Source: Methanocellaceae archaeon UBA148 (lineage in GTDB: Archaea > Halobacteriota > UBA148). Taken from it: DNA of 64,000 nucleotides. How positions within the stretch are numbered: the first letter of the stretch is position 1; each line of letters begins with the position of its first letter. The stretch covers positions 86,997 through 150,996 of the forward strand of contig DAHG01000033.1 in the NCBI GenBank assembly GCA_002495885.1. Reading direction: 5' to 3'. The translations under genes and the position numbers were made by a program. Below are positions 1-8,778 of the stretch, piece after piece. Under the pieces are notes generated by a model. That model searched no databases and was not told where the DNA came from. It saw nothing but the letters and a program-made list of their open reading frames with translations.

Positions 1-108
1 TCCGGAGCTATAACTAGCATGGCCGATGCAGATGGCTATGTGGACATACCAGCTGATGTAGATCTCATCGAGGCTGGTGATGAAGTCGAAGTTATATTGT
101 TGATTTGA
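1..108 (+). CDS. 3-prime fragment of molybdopterin molybdenumtransferase (MoeA C-terminal domain-like); partial, continues upstream of window
   Basis: Frame 1 reads ...SGAITSMADADGYVDIPADVDLIEAGDEVEVILLI* and ends at TGA 106-108. The tail (acidic stretch then VEVxLL) resembles the MoeA_C beta-barrel end. Position directly before mobB fits a moeA-mobB arrangement. Confidence 0.4.
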   Translation, partial: SGAITSMADADGYVDIPADVDLIEAGDEVEVILLI

Positions 109-122
109 TGTAAGGTGATCGT

Positions 123-815
123 ATGATACTTGGCGTTTACGGCTATTCAAAATCAGGAAAAACCACATTCATAGAAGAGCTTTTGAAAGTATTGGTTGCG
201 GATGGATATGACATTGCCACGATAAAGCACATTCCACATGAGGGTTTTTCGATTGACACTGAAAAAAAGGATACGTGGAGATACAGAAATGCGGGCGCAA
301 GCACTGTGGTCGCTAGTTCTCTCGATGAGACTGTGTTTATGGTAAACAAGGGGGTGCCACTCAATCTAATCCTCCAAATGATCCAGGCGATTTCAAAACC
401 AGATTTGATTTTGGTCGAGGGTTATAAAAACGAGGGCATACCCAAAATTGCTGTGGGACAAATTGAGGAGGGACCCAACACCATTTTTAGATATGAAGAT
501 AATCTGGAAGAAATTCTGCAATACATCAAACAAGAGCTTGAGATGGAAAAAATCCAAAAGCAGTTACCAGGTCTTGATTGCAAGAAATGCGGCTTTGATT
601 GCAGGAAAATGGCAGAACTCATATATGCCCAAGAGAAAGTATTGGAGGATTGTCACTCATTTTCACAGCTACCTGTCTTCTTAGAGGCAGATGGAAAAAG
701 CATTCCTTTGGGTGGTTTTACCAGGGACATGATTGCGAACATAATCAATGGCATGATTTCGTCTTTGAAGGGCACAGAGGATGCGAGAGAGTTCAAGATA
801 ATCCTGAGAAGGTGA
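123..815 (+). CDS. mobB: molybdopterin-guanine dinucleotide biosynthesis adapter protein MobB (P-loop GTPase) with Cys-containing C-terminal extension
   Basis: N-terminal MILGVYGYSKSGKTTFIEEL matches the MobB Walker A region. ~230 aa. C-terminal CKKCGFDCRK cysteine cluster. Confidence 0.8.
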   Translation: MILGVYGYSKSGKTTFIEELLKVLVADGYDIATIKHIPHEGFSIDTEKKDTWRYRNAGASTVVASSLDETVFMVNKGVPLNLILQMIQAISKPDLILVEGYKNEGIPKIAVGQIEEGPNTIFRYEDNLEEILQYIKQELEMEKIQKQLPGLDCKKCGFDCRKMAELIYAQEKVLEDCHSFSQLPVFLEADGKSIPLGGFTRDMIANIINGMISSLKGTEDAREFKIILRR

Positions 816-1122
816 TGTATGTAATGTAAATCAAACTCTTTTGGACCAATAGCTTTTTATACCATTATGTTAATTATAACATATCGATGTTAGAAAGGAG
901 ATATGTTTAAAGATTATAAAATTTGTAGAAAGTAGGTTAATTCAGAGCGCTCCTAATGTCGCTATATTGTTCCTCCATTTCTTTTTTCGGGGGGCGCTCT
1001 AAAAATCCTACGCTCTAAAATGTCTTGGGGCTTTTATCGTAATTCTGGCTGCAAAAATTTTGGCAATGTATATTTGAGGGGGTGAGGTAATAGATGATGA
1101 CATGGATGAAATAAACATGTTG

Positions 1123-1737
1123 TTATGAATCTGAACTTTCATGTTCTTGCCTTTTTTCCCACTCACGCCTTGCGATCTTTTTAGCACGCTCTGCTTCCCG
1201 ATAATAACTATCCCGATTTCTCTTTTGGAGTTCGCATCCCACACATTTCCAAACATATCCTCCCCAGAAACTATGTGATTGTTCAAGCTCTGTTTTACAC
1301 TTGGGGCATCTAGGCGGTGTTTCCACATCAATACTTGACGGGGAGATCTTCGAAGGACCGAAATCCCATGGGGCTGGTGCAGGTACACGAACCACCCATA
1401 CCACTCCAGAATAATTGAATTCCCCAACACTAGTCCACCCAAAAGTAGGGTTAGATGCCGCCAATATCCTATCATCATTCAATTTTTGTATTTCTTTAAT
1501 TCGCTTGCGGATGACAATTAGTATAAACCATAGACAAAGGAACACTCCAAAAATTATCCAGATTATTGTTGAAATACGACCAAACCATTTCATCCGATCT
1601 CCAGTAGTTATTTTCGAGGCAATACCGATTATTATAAGAGTCAAAATCGGTGCCACTAAAGGATAAACAATATTGTTCAGCAAGGTTACTACTAAAGGAG
1701 CAATAATTTTATCCCTCAAGAATTGAATTGTTTTCAT
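1123..1737 (-). CDS. hypothetical membrane protein with C-terminal zinc-ribbon (CPKC...CVGC)
   Basis: Two to three hydrophobic helices at the N-terminus. C-terminal CPKCKTELEQ...KCVGCE four-Cys ribbon, then a basic/acidic tail. No family recognised. Confidence 0.45.
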   Translation of the reverse strand: MKTIQFLRDKIIAPLVVTLLNNIVYPLVAPILTLIIIGIASKITTGDRMKWFGRISTIIWIIFGVFLCLWFILIVIRKRIKEIQKLNDDRILAASNPTFGWTSVGEFNYSGVVWVVRVPAPAPWDFGPSKISPSSIDVETPPRCPKCKTELEQSHSFWGGYVWKCVGCELQKRNRDSYYREAERAKKIARREWEKRQEHESSDS

Positions 1738-1997
1738 AGTTCTCTATTCTTCTTTTCTGGTCTGGCGTATACTATTCTGGCGTATACTATTTGGCTTATA
1801 ACTACGTATATGCAAACTCCCTCAAAAAATTCTTACTAGTATATTCCACACAATCATCTCTTTGCTTGCTAGAATTTAAAGCGAAAAAGTTACTTCTCCA
1901 ACCACTACCCAAACCGAAACTATTTTATATCGAGTGGTAAAATATTGCATATCATATCGAATGGTAAAAAATTTCATATCAAAGTGGAGAGATAAAA

Positions 1998-3332
1998 ATG
2001 GAAAAAAGAAAATTAAGGATATTGGGGGTTGTGATTGTACTACTTCTAAGTACACTAGTAGTTCCTTGCATGCCCACAGGAGCACAAAAAAAGCAAACAA
2101 TCAAAGTCTTCCATGCTGGAAGCCTATCGGTGCCTTTGGAAGAAGCGGCGATACAATTTGAAGCGTTGCACCCAGGAGTAGATGTGCAACGGCAGTCATA
2201 TGGCAGTGTTGAAGCGATAAGACAGATAACCGAGGTTGGGAAAACAGCAGAAGTGCTCGCATCCGCAGATTATTTACTTATACCAAGCATGATGTACCCG
2301 AATTATGCCGACTGGGACGTTAGATTCGCGACGAACGATATAGTGCTTGCATACAATCAAGAGATGAGCTTGTATAAGGATAAGATCACGCCTGAAAATT
2401 GGTATGAGATACTTAGAAGAGATGACGTAACATTCGGCTTCTCAAATCCAAATCTCGATCCCTGCGGCTATCGCTCGGTAATGGTGTGCCAGCTTGCTGA
2501 ATTACATTACGGCGACTTTAAGATATTCGATGATTTAATTCTCAAAAATACTGCTATAACGGTAAGTGAAGAGAATTCCACATATTTAATAAAAGCGCCC
2601 GAGCAATTGGAGCCTACTAGTAAAGTAGTCATAAGGCCAAAAGAGGTGGATCTAACCGCCTTGGTTGAATCCGGTGGACTGGATTATTACTTCATATACA
2701 GGAGCGTAGCAGTTCAGCATAACCTCAGCTTTGTGGACTTACCTGGTAAAATCGATCTGAGCAAGGTGGAATATGCAGACACTTATGGAAAAGTCAAATT
2801 GCAAACATTGGATGGTAAAATACAGACTGGGACGCCGATTGTATACGGTATCACCGTGCCGAAGAATGCAGATAACGCAGAGCTTGGTCTGGAATTCGTG
2901 AAATTCGTGATAAGTGAGGCGGGGCAGAAGATCTTTTCAGATATGGGACAGCCACCCATTGTGCCTGCTGTTGGAAATGGGAGTATACCAGAGGGGCTGA
3001 AACCATATTTAGCTGGGGTAGCTGCAGTACCAACGCCATGTCCAGATACTGGTCAGCCCATGACACCAGCACCGACTGCAACACCGATTGCAGTACCGAT
3101 TGCAGCACCAACACCTGCATATACAATGCCTCCCAGAACAGTACCACCATTACCAGCAACAGCAACGCCAGTACCAGCAGCACCCGCAGCAACACCATCT
3201 CATCCAGGGGCACAACCAATACCAACACCAACACCCACATCAGCAGAACCAAGTATACCTGGATTTGAGGCAGCATTCGCAATCGTTGGACTACTGGCTG
3301 TCACATATCTGGTATTGAAAAGAAGAGAATAA
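1998..3332 (+). CDS. wtpA: tungstate/molybdate ABC transporter substrate-binding protein (WtpA/ModA family) with Pro/Thr-rich linker and PGF-CTERM archaeosortase sorting signal
   Basis: Signal peptide MEKRKLRILGVVIVLLLSTL. Periplasmic-binding-protein body (KVFHAGSLSVP...ASADY...NPNLDPCGYRS). ~60 aa PT-rich linker. C-terminal PGFEAAFAIVGLLAVTYLVLKRRE is a PGF-CTERM motif with TM helix and basic tail. Followed by permease and ATPase genes. Confidence 0.8.
   Translation: MEKRKLRILGVVIVLLLSTLVVPCMPTGAQKKQTIKVFHAGSLSVPLEEAAIQFEALHPGVDVQRQSYGSVEAIRQITEVGKTAEVLASADYLLIPSMMYPNYADWDVRFATNDIVLAYNQEMSLYKDKITPENWYEILRRDDVTFGFSNPNLDPCGYRSVMVCQLAELHYGDFKIFDDLILKNTAITVSEENSTYLIKAPEQLEPTSKVVIRPKEVDLTALVESGGLDYYFIYRSVAVQHNLSFVDLPGKIDLSKVEYADTYGKVKLQTLDGKIQTGTPIVYGITVPKNADNAELGLEFVKFVISEAGQKIFSDMGQPPIVPAVGNGSIPEGLKPYLAGVAAVPTPCPDTGQPMTPAPTATPIAVPIAAPTPAYTMPPRTVPPLPATATPVPAAPAATPSHPGAQPIPTPTPTSAEPSIPGFEAAFAIVGLLAVTYLVLKRRE
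3144..3219 (+). repeat. 76-nt segment identical (inverted) to 35904-35979; encodes a shared Pro/Thr linker
   Basis: ccaccattaccagcaacagcaacgccagtaccagcagcacccgcagcaacaccatctcatccaggggcacaaccaa is present here and as the reverse complement in the serpin gene. Confidence 0.9.
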
Positions 3333-3353
3333 AAGACAAGAAAATAAAAACCA

Positions 3354-3390
3354 AAGAGGGGGATATTTATATTCTCCTCTTTTCTTTTTA
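3354..3390 (+). terminator. weak hairpin plus T-tract after wtpA (possible attenuator or terminator)
   Basis: aagagg...cctctt 6-bp stem at 3354-3359/3376-3381, followed by ttcttttta. Archaeal terminators are mostly T-tracts. Confidence 0.3.
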
Positions 3391-3421
3391 GAGTTATATT
3401 GAAAAGGAGCGACAAAGAGAG

Positions 3422-4237
3422 ATGAAGAAACCATTGTCTAACTGGTCATTTGATAGGGTAAAACAGGAAAGGATTTTTACCATTTTCCTTTTTTTAGGAC
3501 TGGTGCTTGTTGCCTTTGTTTTTATTACGCTTGGAAACATGTTTTATCAGCAATTAGAGGATATTTCGGGGTTAATCGCTGCTGCAACTGACCCTGTCGT
3601 TTTAAAGGCAATAGGTATCAGCATATCCATGGCTCTGGTCTCCACCTTAGTCGCTTTCTTTTTTGGTGTTCCTTTAGCCTATTTTCTTGCACGAAAGGAG
3701 TTCACAGGTAAGAGTATAATAGAGGGTTTGGTGGATGTCCCTTTGATGATCCCGCATGTTGTTGCTGGAATTGCATTATATGGTGTGTTCATGCGGCATG
3801 GATTGATCGGTGCACCGCTTCGAGAATTGGGTATCGTAATTACAGATGCTTATCCGGGAATTGTGATTGCCATGCTCTTCATGAGCCTCCCCTATTTAGT
3901 AGATACTGCGATAGAGGGTTTTAAAGAGGTTGATCCGCGTTTAGAGAATGTCGCCCGCTCGTTGGGCGCATCCCAATGGAAAACATTTCGAGAAATAACA
4001 TTCCCGCTTGCTTTTTCGTCCATACTGAGTGGAGCGATTCTAAGTTGGGGACGTGCAATAAGCGAGTTCTCAGCCGTTCTGATCCTTGCATACCATCCGA
4101 TATCAGCGCCGATTTTGATATATGAGAAATTTACCTCTTTTGGACTTCGCGCATCAAGACCGATCTCAGTTTTGCTGATTCTGATTTGCTTAGTGATATT
4201 TATATTATTACGCGTGTCCCAACGGAGAAGAAAATGA
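3422..4237 (+). CDS. wtpB: tungstate/molybdate ABC transporter permease (WtpB/ModB, CysTW-type)
   Basis: Multi-TM protein carrying the ABC permease EAA-like loop (SLGASQWKTFREITFP). Sits between the binding protein and the ATPase. Confidence 0.8.
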   Translation: MKKPLSNWSFDRVKQERIFTIFLFLGLVLVAFVFITLGNMFYQQLEDISGLIAAATDPVVLKAIGISISMALVSTLVAFFFGVPLAYFLARKEFTGKSIIEGLVDVPLMIPHVVAGIALYGVFMRHGLIGAPLRELGIVITDAYPGIVIAMLFMSLPYLVDTAIEGFKEVDPRLENVARSLGASQWKTFREITFPLAFSSILSGAILSWGRAISEFSAVLILAYHPISAPILIYEKFTSFGLRASRPISVLLILICLVIFILLRVSQRRRK

Positions 4238-4238
4238 T

Positions 4239-5297
4239 ATGATAGAAGTAAGAGACTTGTGCAAGGATTGGAAAGAATTCTCCCTTAAGGACATAACATT
4301 AGATGTAAAAAAGGGCGAATATTTCGTTATTTTGGGGCCCACCGGCGCAGGTAAAACGTTACTTCTTGAGACCGTTGCTGGATTCCACATTCCTGATAAA
4401 GGAAATATCTGGATTGAGGGGTGTGATGTAACGCTTATTCCCCCAGAAAAGAGGAAAATTGGCTTCATTTATCAAGATTATGCCCTATTTCCCCATTTGA
4501 CCGTTGAGCAAAACATAGCATTCGGTTTGAAATTAAAGAGGACATCAAAATCGAATATGAATATGGCTAGATTGAAGGGTATAATGGACTGGCTGAGGAT
4601 TTCGCACCTTGCACATCGTTATCCTGCTACGCTCAGTGGCGGAGAGCAACAGAAGGTTGCTATTGCAAGGGCCATTGCCATCGAACCCCAAATATTACTT
4701 TTGGATGAACCCCTATCTGCCTTAGATTCACGAACTAGAGATTATCTACGAGAAGAGCTGAAGCGAATAAAGAAAGAATTTGATATTACCATGGTTCACG
4801 TAACCCATGATCAGACGGAGGCGATGTTTTTAGCAGACCGAATTGGGGTTATGATGGATGGTGAGATTGTACAAGTTGGCACACCTAGGGAGGTATTCAA
4901 TAAGCCGATAAACGAGAGAGTGGCTGAATTTGTTGGAGTGGAAAATATCATAGAAGGGATGATTGAGTCAAACGAAGACGGGATAACCGTCATCCGCATC
5001 AATGGTCATAGAATAGAGGGCATATCAGACTATTCGGTCGGCGATAGGGTACGGTTGTGCCTCAGGCCAGAGGACATTACACTTGCGCTCTCTAGAGACA
5101 AGAGCAGTGCAAGAAATTCTTTCAAAGGAACGATAAACCAGATGGTGCCTTTGGGTGCTCTTACACGAGTGAGTGTTGATTGTAGCTTCCCACTCATTGC
5201 GCTGATCACAAAACGATCCCTAGAAGATCTTGGACTTAAAGAAGGAGACGAAGTTATCGTTTCATTTAAGGCTACTGCCATCCATATACTAAAATAA
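4239..5297 (+). CDS. wtpC: tungstate/molybdate ABC transporter ATP-binding protein with C-terminal TOBE/Mop domain (WtpC/ModC)
   Basis: Walker A GPTGAGKT, ABC signature LSGGEQQKVAIARA, Walker B LLLDEPLSALD, H-loop VTHD. The C-terminal ~100 aa beta-rich region resembles a transport-associated OB domain. Confidence 0.85.
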   Translation: MIEVRDLCKDWKEFSLKDITLDVKKGEYFVILGPTGAGKTLLLETVAGFHIPDKGNIWIEGCDVTLIPPEKRKIGFIYQDYALFPHLTVEQNIAFGLKLKRTSKSNMNMARLKGIMDWLRISHLAHRYPATLSGGEQQKVAIARAIAIEPQILLLDEPLSALDSRTRDYLREELKRIKKEFDITMVHVTHDQTEAMFLADRIGVMMDGEIVQVGTPREVFNKPINERVAEFVGVENIIEGMIESNEDGITVIRINGHRIEGISDYSVGDRVRLCLRPEDITLALSRDKSSARNSFKGTINQMVPLGALTRVSVDCSFPLIALITKRSLEDLGLKEGDEVIVSFKATAIHILK

Positions 5298-5617
5298 TGA
5301 CCGAGTTAAAAGCAAAAGTATGGCTGGAAAAGGATGGATTGCCTGTATTGGGTGAGGGTCGAGCAAGATTGTTAGAGGCAATAGATGAAGAGCATTCAAT
5401 TCTTAAGGCTGCAGAAAAACTTGGAATGTCATACAGACATGCATGGGGGCTAATCCAAAAGATCAGGGAGTCATTGGGAGAGAGCGTAGTACTTTCAATA
5501 CGTGGTGGAGACAAAGGCGGCAGTACTGAGTTGAACGAGAATGGACGTAGATTGCTAAAAGAATACTATGATAAGGCCCATAAACTGGAGCGTATTCTGG
5601 AGAAAGCTCACCTTTAG
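5297..5617 (+). CDS. ModE-like winged-helix regulator (N-terminal HTH domain only, no Mop domains)
   Basis: LEKDGLPVLGEGRARLLEAIDEEHSILKAAEKLGMSYRHAWGLIQKI matches the ModE N-terminal HTH (the S-Y-R/K-x-AW motif). The start codon overlaps the wtpC stop. Confidence 0.6.
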   Translation: MTELKAKVWLEKDGLPVLGEGRARLLEAIDEEHSILKAAEKLGMSYRHAWGLIQKIRESLGESVVLSIRGGDKGGSTELNENGRRLLKEYYDKAHKLERILEKAHL

Positions 5618-5752
5618 ATAATTAATTAGTTTAGTCAAAACCCCTTCCTTTCAGTAGTTTGAGGATACCATTTAGTTTAAGAAATAGATTTAAGAGCAAT
5701 ATGTGTCCTAACCTATTCCGCTATTTTGATGCCAGCGGATTCATGAGAGTTC

Positions 5753-6103
5753 CTATTCTATTTTTAAATCTGCCCTGTGAGGATTAGACAAATAGAGCGG
5801 TTTAACCGCCAAATATGCATAACACTCTGAACATTTTTTCTTATATTCTTCGACATCATCAGTTGTAATCAATTCTGTAATCGATTTTGTTGATTTTCGT
5901 TCTTTCTCGCTTCCCTTAAACCACCCAGTAACCTCTCTGTTAATTTGCATACCCATTCTATGAGCTGCCTTATTCCTATCAGATCCGATCTTTTCCAGTT
6001 CCTCAAATTTTGTTGAAGAGATAACTCCACAAAGTTTTAACAGTTTTATTTTTTTATTATATCCGAAGCCCGAACTCGGGGTTATAAAATATATCCTTCT
6101 CAA
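5753..6103 (-). CDS. hypothetical protein with possible HEPN-like Rx4H motif, in an AT-rich islet
   Basis: 116 aa. RNKAAHR fits the Rx4-6H HEPN signature. Local GC is well below the flanks. No other family recognised. Confidence 0.3.
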   Translation of the reverse strand: MRRIYFITPSSGFGYNKKIKLLKLCGVISSTKFEELEKIGSDRNKAAHRMGMQINREVTGWFKGSEKERKSTKSITELITTDDVEEYKKKCSECYAYLAVKPLYLSNPHRADLKIE

Positions 6104-6318
6104 AGTCCTTTGCAGGATCGGTTAAATGTAATTTCCCTTCTTTCGGATAACCAAAAAAATAAGATAAAAATAATAAAGTTAATCAGGTTATCTAAGTAAA
6201 TAAGTCCTTCTAAAAAAACGCTTCTCTTTAAGTCAGGTTTATTTAATAAGTTATATGCAACCAACTTATATTCTTTCATTATGGTTTCCAGATCTTTCAT
6301 CTTATTTGCACCACCCAT
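6100..6318 (-). CDS. hypothetical small protein (72 aa), 4-nt overlap with the downstream ORF
   Basis: ORF only. ATGA overlap with the 5753-6103 gene suggests co-translation. Hydrophobic C-terminal stretch. No nucleotidyltransferase motif seen. Confidence 0.2.
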   Translation of the reverse strand: MGGANKMKDLETIMKEYKLVAYNLLNKPDLKRSVFLEGLIYLDNLINFIIFILFFWLSERREITFNRSCKGL

Positions 6319-6461
6319 AATTTAGTTTACATGCCTGTTATAATAGTCTTATGAACCTAATTTTTTATGGGTGTAATTATTTTATTCCAAGAGATATTTT
6401 CGTTACATACCATCCTTTTCCCATTTAATTAACGAAAACGAGCTTTGTATTTCACAACTTT

Positions 6462-7058
6462 TTAGTTAGATATCCTCTCCAGATCTGCCATAGTATTCAC
6501 GTTGATGAACGTCCTTAGCTCAGGGTCGATCTCTTTTATCTCTTCTACGGAAACGTACCTAACCCGTGACAAAGCTTTTAACGGCGATATGATCCTGCGA
6601 TCGTCCTTCTGGATGGCACCTTCACAGGCTTTGATCGTACTCTTCCTCTTGTAAATGGCATGCAACGGCTCTATATTGCCATCTGGCCATCTTGGCACCA
6701 CTGCATCATATCCCTCTGCCAAAGAAAATAGAAAATCGACAACATCTGGATTGACAAAAGGCATATCACAGGCAACCACCATTACATAGTCGCCTTTTGC
6801 GCATTGCAGTCCAGCCAAGATGCCTGCCACTGGGCCATAACCAGGGATGGAATCATAGGTTAACCTCGCTCCACAGATCACCGTGGAAATTTTTTCTCTC
6901 TGACCTACGTCACCAGCAACAACGAGCACTTCATCCACAGTCCCAGAAACATTATCAAGCACATGCTCGATCATCTTCTTATTTCCGATCTGAGCCATGG
7001 ATTTGTTCGTATTAATTCTAGTGCTTTTGCCACCGGCCAGTATGATGGCTGATCTCAT
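6462..7058 (-). CDS. mobA: molybdenum cofactor guanylyltransferase MobA
   Basis: MRSAIILAGGKSTRI... is the MobA LAGGxSxRMG N-terminal signature. ~198 aa, with the ACDMPF motif. Confidence 0.85.
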   Translation of the reverse strand: MRSAIILAGGKSTRINTNKSMAQIGNKKMIEHVLDNVSGTVDEVLVVAGDVGQREKISTVICGARLTYDSIPGYGPVAGILAGLQCAKGDYVMVVACDMPFVNPDVVDFLFSLAEGYDAVVPRWPDGNIEPLHAIYKRKSTIKACEGAIQKDDRRIISPLKALSRVRYVSVEEIKEIDPELRTFINVNTMADLERISN

Positions 7059-7151
7059 AACTTATTCTATTTATTTATTGCCTCGATAAGATTTAAAAAC
7101 GACCCATAAATACAGGCCTATTCAAAAAAAATAAGATAGAGAGCAGGTTAA

Positions 7152-8144
7152 CTACTCTCTCCTCAGTTTATTGTACCACTCGGGGTGATGTTCTTTCACA
7201 TACTTTTCAGATGTCTTAGTGGTTAGCATGGACCTGAAAAGTGGCCATGATGGCGGTATCACAGCAGCAGTGAGGATATGCACGATCAGGAGAAGCAGTA
7301 TCAGGATCGCCACTATGAGATGAAGTTTGGTCGCAATATGGACGAGGGTGGGTGATAGTTCCCGCGTATATCTGAGTGTCTTGACGATTCCTGTGAGTAT
7401 GATTGCGCCCACAAGAACGGCCCAAGCCGGAATTTCCACCCTTTCGATAGGAAGCCATTTTCCTGCATGGGGCGGTTCCGTAACACCTATCTTTGCAAGC
7501 AAATTGGCCAGAGGTCTCTTGATTTTCTCAGGCAAATACAGCCCTCTAATTCCGAAGAAGGCTCCATCACCAATAACACCCATAATAGCCATGGTCTCTG
7601 CTATTGAGTCCTTAAAATCGCTCATCGTTGGTAGGATCTCTCTGTCACCAGAGAGTGCATGATTCACTATGTAGAAAAGACTGGCGAAGACCAAGATGCC
7701 TGCACCGATGAAGTGCAGCTTGTATGCCATCAAAAACGGTGAGAACGCCTCTAGCAACCCAAACCTAGTTCCAAGTAACAAAAAAATCGCGGTTATGATG
7801 CACATGATGCACCCTACCGTGTGGGTCCAATGCTCGAACAATATGCTGACTGGATGCCGCTTTACTTTCCCATTTGCAATGACTGGAACCATAGGTTTTT
7901 TTCTTGCACTCCTACCTCGGAGAAGACCTAGTATGAAGCCAAGAACTATTACAACTGGTAAAGCCTGAGCGAAGAGGTTTTTGGCCGCATTCAAACTTTG
8001 GGCCTCTGCTTCCCAATCTGGTCGCATTATGTTACTCAATACCTCGCTAACATCAGCAGCATTTGCACTAGTTACACTGAACATTGCTATTATGACAAGT
8101 AAGCCTATAACGACCGTGATCTTTCTACCCGTACCTTTTTTCAC
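7152..8144 (-). CDS. membrane subunit of the FDH complex (cytochrome b / FdnI-like anchor), with signal peptide
   Basis: 330 aa. N-terminal signal peptide (…SVTSANA). At least 4-5 TM helices with conserved His residues in helices (HWTHTVG, YKLHFIGAG, HIATKLH, HILTAAV), consistent with a di-haem b-type anchor. Last gene of the fdh operon. Confidence 0.5.
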   Translation of the reverse strand: MKKGTGRKITVVIGLLVIIAMFSVTSANAADVSEVLSNIMRPDWEAEAQSLNAAKNLFAQALPVVIVLGFILGLLRGRSARKKPMVPVIANGKVKRHPVSILFEHWTHTVGCIMCIITAIFLLLGTRFGLLEAFSPFLMAYKLHFIGAGILVFASLFYIVNHALSGDREILPTMSDFKDSIAETMAIMGVIGDGAFFGIRGLYLPEKIKRPLANLLAKIGVTEPPHAGKWLPIERVEIPAWAVLVGAIILTGIVKTLRYTRELSPTLVHIATKLHLIVAILILLLLIVHILTAAVIPPSWPLFRSMLTTKTSEKYVKEHHPEWYNKLRRE

Positions 8145-8226
8145 CCCATTCCCTCCCTGTAATTGAAAAGGTTATAGATAGAGGATGGGGGTTTCCTCTA
8201 CCTATATTCATATTTGTCCTGCTTGC

Positions 8227-8766
8227 TTATACTATAGTCCCTAGATTTAGCCTTGCAGCAACTCTCTTTCTATAGATTTCATTGATTTCGTTCGCATCTC
8301 CAATGAGTAGGCCTTTGGTTGAACAGAAAGCCGAACATTTTGGATTGGGTTCTCTCTCAATCCTATTACCGCTTCTATCCTTCTGCTCGAAGGGCGTCAC
8401 GCATAAAGTGCATTTATCCATCTTACCCCTAGTAGTGAAAGGCAACCCTCCAAGGAATTGTGGAGCTCCGAATGGGCAGGCCCAAGAACAGTAGCCGCAA
8501 CCAATGCACTTGTCCTTATCAACTAAGACTATACCATCCTCTCGCTTGGATATCGCCCTCGTGGGGCATGCAGCCATACACGGGGGGTCAGCGCAGTGCA
8601 TGCATGTTAATGGCACGTTCATCTCGTTAGGTGTTCCCTCATTGAGGGTTATATCCCTAATGCGGCGTATACCAACTGGAACGTCATTCTGCTGCTTGCA
8701 TGCTACCTCACATCCCCCGCATTTTATGCATCGCTCTACGATAGGTAATACTTTGTATGTTGTCAT
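8227..8766 (-). CDS. formate dehydrogenase iron-sulfur subunit (FdnH/DmsB-type 4x[4Fe-4S])
   Basis: CIKCGGCEVAC, CMHCADPPCMAACP, CIGCGYCSWACP and CTLC...C cluster motifs. Lies immediately downstream of the catalytic subunit. Confidence 0.8.
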   Translation of the reverse strand: MTTYKVLPIVERCIKCGGCEVACKQQNDVPVGIRRIRDITLNEGTPNEMNVPLTCMHCADPPCMAACPTRAISKREDGIVLVDKDKCIGCGYCSWACPFGAPQFLGGLPFTTRGKMDKCTLCVTPFEQKDRSGNRIEREPNPKCSAFCSTKGLLIGDANEINEIYRKRVAARLNLGTIV

Positions 8767-8778
8767 CTTTCATTCCTC

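Noticed and set aside
2851-3318. ORFs 2851-3282(-), 3038-3268(+) and 3088-3318(+) inside the wtpA 3-prime region
   Set aside because: Low-complexity translations of the Pro/Thr-coding repeat in other frames (Q/H-rich, L/V-rich). They are fully contained in a well-supported gene.
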